From an uncultured Bacteroidales bacterium (lineage in GTDB: Bacteria > Bacteroidota > Bacteroidia > Bacteroidales > FEN-979): a stretch of 64,000 bases of DNA. Location of the stretch: positions 31,963 to 95,962 of the forward strand of contig CAWAVC010000016.1 of assembly GCA_963785325.1 (NCBI GenBank), given 5' to 3'. Below the pieces are notes generated by a model. That model was not told the DNA's origin. It was given only the letters and a program-made list of their open reading frames with translations, and did no database searches. This document shows positions 62,161-64,000 of the stretch, piece after piece; position 1 is the stretch's first letter; each line of letters starts with the position of its first letter. Both the position numbers and the translations under genes were made by a program.

Positions 62161-62754
62161 ATGGAACTTCATTTTTCTGATAAAAAACCAGTCTGCCGTT
62201 CAGATAAGGAACAACGGCTGAAACAGAAGGCAAAAGTCTTATGGATGACTGGTTTGTCAGGTTCAGGCAAGACCACCATTGGACTTTCACTAGAGAAAGA
62301 ACTTTACAAACGAGGATTTCTTGTGATGCTTCTTGATGGAGACCTTGTCAGAACAGGGATTAACAATAACCTGAAATTTTCTGTTGAGGACCGGAAAGAA
62401 AACATCCGGCGTATTGCAGAAGTCAGTAAGCTTTTTGTGAATTGTGGCATTGTTACTTTAAACTGTTTTATTAGTCCTACGGATGAGATCCGAACGATAG
62501 CAAGGAACATCATCGGTAAAGACGATTTTATTGAAGTTTTTATTAGTGCTCCATTGGAAATATGTGAAACCCGTGATGTGAAAGGTTTATACGCAAAAGC
62601 TCGTAAAGGAGAGATCCCTGAATTTACGGGGATCAGTTCGCCTTTTGATGTTCCACCTCATCCTGATCTTATTTTAAGAACCGATCAGTTGAGTGTGGAA
62701 GAATCTGTTCAATGTACGTTGGACTTCATTCTACCGAAAATCACTTTACATTAA
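62161..62754 (+). CDS. cysC: Adenylyl-sulfate kinase
   Basis: WMTGLSGSGKTT, LDGD, DRKENIRR, RDVKGLY, FTGISSPF. Confidence 0.95.
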   Translation: MELHFSDKKPVCRSDKEQRLKQKAKVLWMTGLSGSGKTTIGLSLEKELYKRGFLVMLLDGDLVRTGINNNLKFSVEDRKENIRRIAEVSKLFVNCGIVTLNCFISPTDEIRTIARNIIGKDDFIEVFISAPLEICETRDVKGLYAKARKGEIPEFTGISSPFDVPPHPDLILRTDQLSVEESVQCTLDFILPKITLH

Positions 62755-62760
62755 TAATTT

Positions 62761-64000
62761 ATGAATTATCAGAAAATACGCGTACGGTTTGCTCCCAGTC
62801 CGACAGGACCTCTTCATATAGGTGGGGTAAGAACAGCATTGTATAATTATCTATTTGCCCGCAAATATAGCGGAAAGTTAATCCTTCGTATTGAAGATAC
62901 TGATCAGAACCGGTACGTGAAGGGAGCCGAGGATTATATTATTGAATCGCTTAATTGGTGCGGAATACGATTTGATGAAGATTGTGTAAAAGGCGGACCG
63001 TATGGTCCTTACCGCCAATCCGAACGTAAATCCATTTATCTTAAATATGCTGAGCAACTTGTCAGAAACGGGCACGCGTATTATGCGTTTGATACTTCGG
63101 AAGAACTTGAGCTAATGCGGGAAAAAGGGAAACACATGGAAGTTCATTTTTCCCAATACGGACCATTTACACGGCTTGGTATGAAAAATTCATTTTCGCT
63201 TTCACCAGCCGACGTTAAACAGCGCATTGCTTCCGGCGAACCTTATGTTATCCGGATCCGGATACAGGAAAATGAAGAAGTACATGTGAACGATCTTATC
63301 CGTGGAGACGTAGTAGTACAATCATCAAGCCTTGACGATAAAGTTTTATTCAAATCTGATGGATGGCCGACTTATCATCTTGCAAATATTGTTGATGACC
63401 ACCTAATGGAGATCACCCATGTAATCCGTGGCGAAGAATGGCTTCCTTCGGCTCCTTTGCATGTTCTGCTTTACCGTTATCTTGGATGGGAAGAAAGCAT
63501 GCCAAAATTTGCTCATTTACCTTTATTACTCAAGCCCGACGGAAATGGGAAACTCAGTAAACGGGATGGCGACCGGCTTGGATTTCCGGTATTTCCTTTG
63601 CAATGGATGGATCCTGTGACAAAGGCTATCTCCTCAGGTTATCGTGAATCTGGTTATCTACCTGAAGCATTCGTAAATATGTTGGCATTCCTGGGTTGGA
63701 ACCCTGGAACCGAACAAGAGTTATTTACACTGGATGAATTGATACATGAATTCTCCCTGGAAAGGATCGGGAAACATGGCTCAAAATTTGATCCCGAAAA
63801 AGCCCGTTGGTACAATCATCAATATCTGATTAAGAAACCAGAAGAAGAACTTATTGTTTTTTTAAAACAAGAACTTGAAAAGAGAAACCTACATTTTGAA
63901 GATTCATATATTACTATTGTTATTCATTTAATTAAAGAGCGAGCCAATCTAATCCCCGATCTTTGGCTGAATTCCTGGTTTTTCTTTATCCCACCGGCAG
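62761..64000 (+). CDS. gltX: Glutamate--tRNA ligase, 5' part; runs off the window
   Basis: Hand translation [53 protein letters not shown]. Not in the ORF track because it has no stop. Confidence 0.96.
   Translation, partial: MNYQKIRVRFAPSPTGPLHIGGVRTALYNYLFARKYSGKLILRIEDTDQNRYVKGAEDYIIESLNWCGIRFDEDCVKGGPYGPYRQSERKSIYLKYAEQLVRNGHAYYAFDTSEELELMREKGKHMEVHFSQYGPFTRLGMKNSFSLSPADVKQRIASGEPYVIRIRIQENEEVHVNDLIRGDVVVQSSSLDDKVLFKSDGWPTYHLANIVDDHLMEITHVIRGEEWLPSAPLHVLLYRYLGWEESMPKFAHLPLLLKPDGNGKLSKRDGDRLGFPVFPLQWMDPVTKAISSGYRESGYLPEAFVNMLAFLGWNPGTEQELFTLDELIHEFSLERIGKHGSKFDPEKARWYNHQYLIKKPEEELIVFLKQELEKRNLHFEDSYITIVIHLIKERANLIPDLWLNSWFFFIPPA

Noticed and set aside
1..64000. tRNA, rRNA, prophage, integrase or defence genes
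   Set aside because: None recognised by eye. The many short overlapping ORFs in the track are antisense or alternate-frame shadows of the called genes.

Overview
AT-rich chromosomal window from an anaerobic Bacteroidota (Bacteroidales-like) organism. The assignment rests on TAnnTTTG -7 promoter motifs, T9SS-type C-terminal domains, GldH and DUF4175. Most of the window is housekeeping genes (pgk, asd, rnr, S46 peptidase, hemW, manC, mlaEF, mnmG, ybeY, cysC, gltX) plus several two-component systems. Two parS-like palindromes flank mnmG, which suggests an origin-proximal location. The most notable element is a five-gene cytochrome c cluster at 45.3-49.8 kb. It encodes a hexaheme lipoprotein with a collagen-like stalk, a monoheme lipoprotein, an outer-membrane beta-barrel, a periplasmic cytochrome c and an ImcH-like 7-heme NapC/NirT quinol dehydrogenase. 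Together these look like an envelope-spanning extracellular electron transfer conduit, and a stand-alone riboflavin kinase follows them. An nrfHA nitrite-ammonification pair lies at 29.4-31.7 kb. A mobile-element hotspot at 37.5-40.4 kb holds an IS630 inserted into a candidate 6S-like RNA, one of two apparently identical IS200-type copies, and a 233-bp ISL3-type MITE that splits a C10 protease gene. Several genes carry frameshifts that are probably sequencing errors. All calls come from reading the sequence and motifs by eye; no searches were run.
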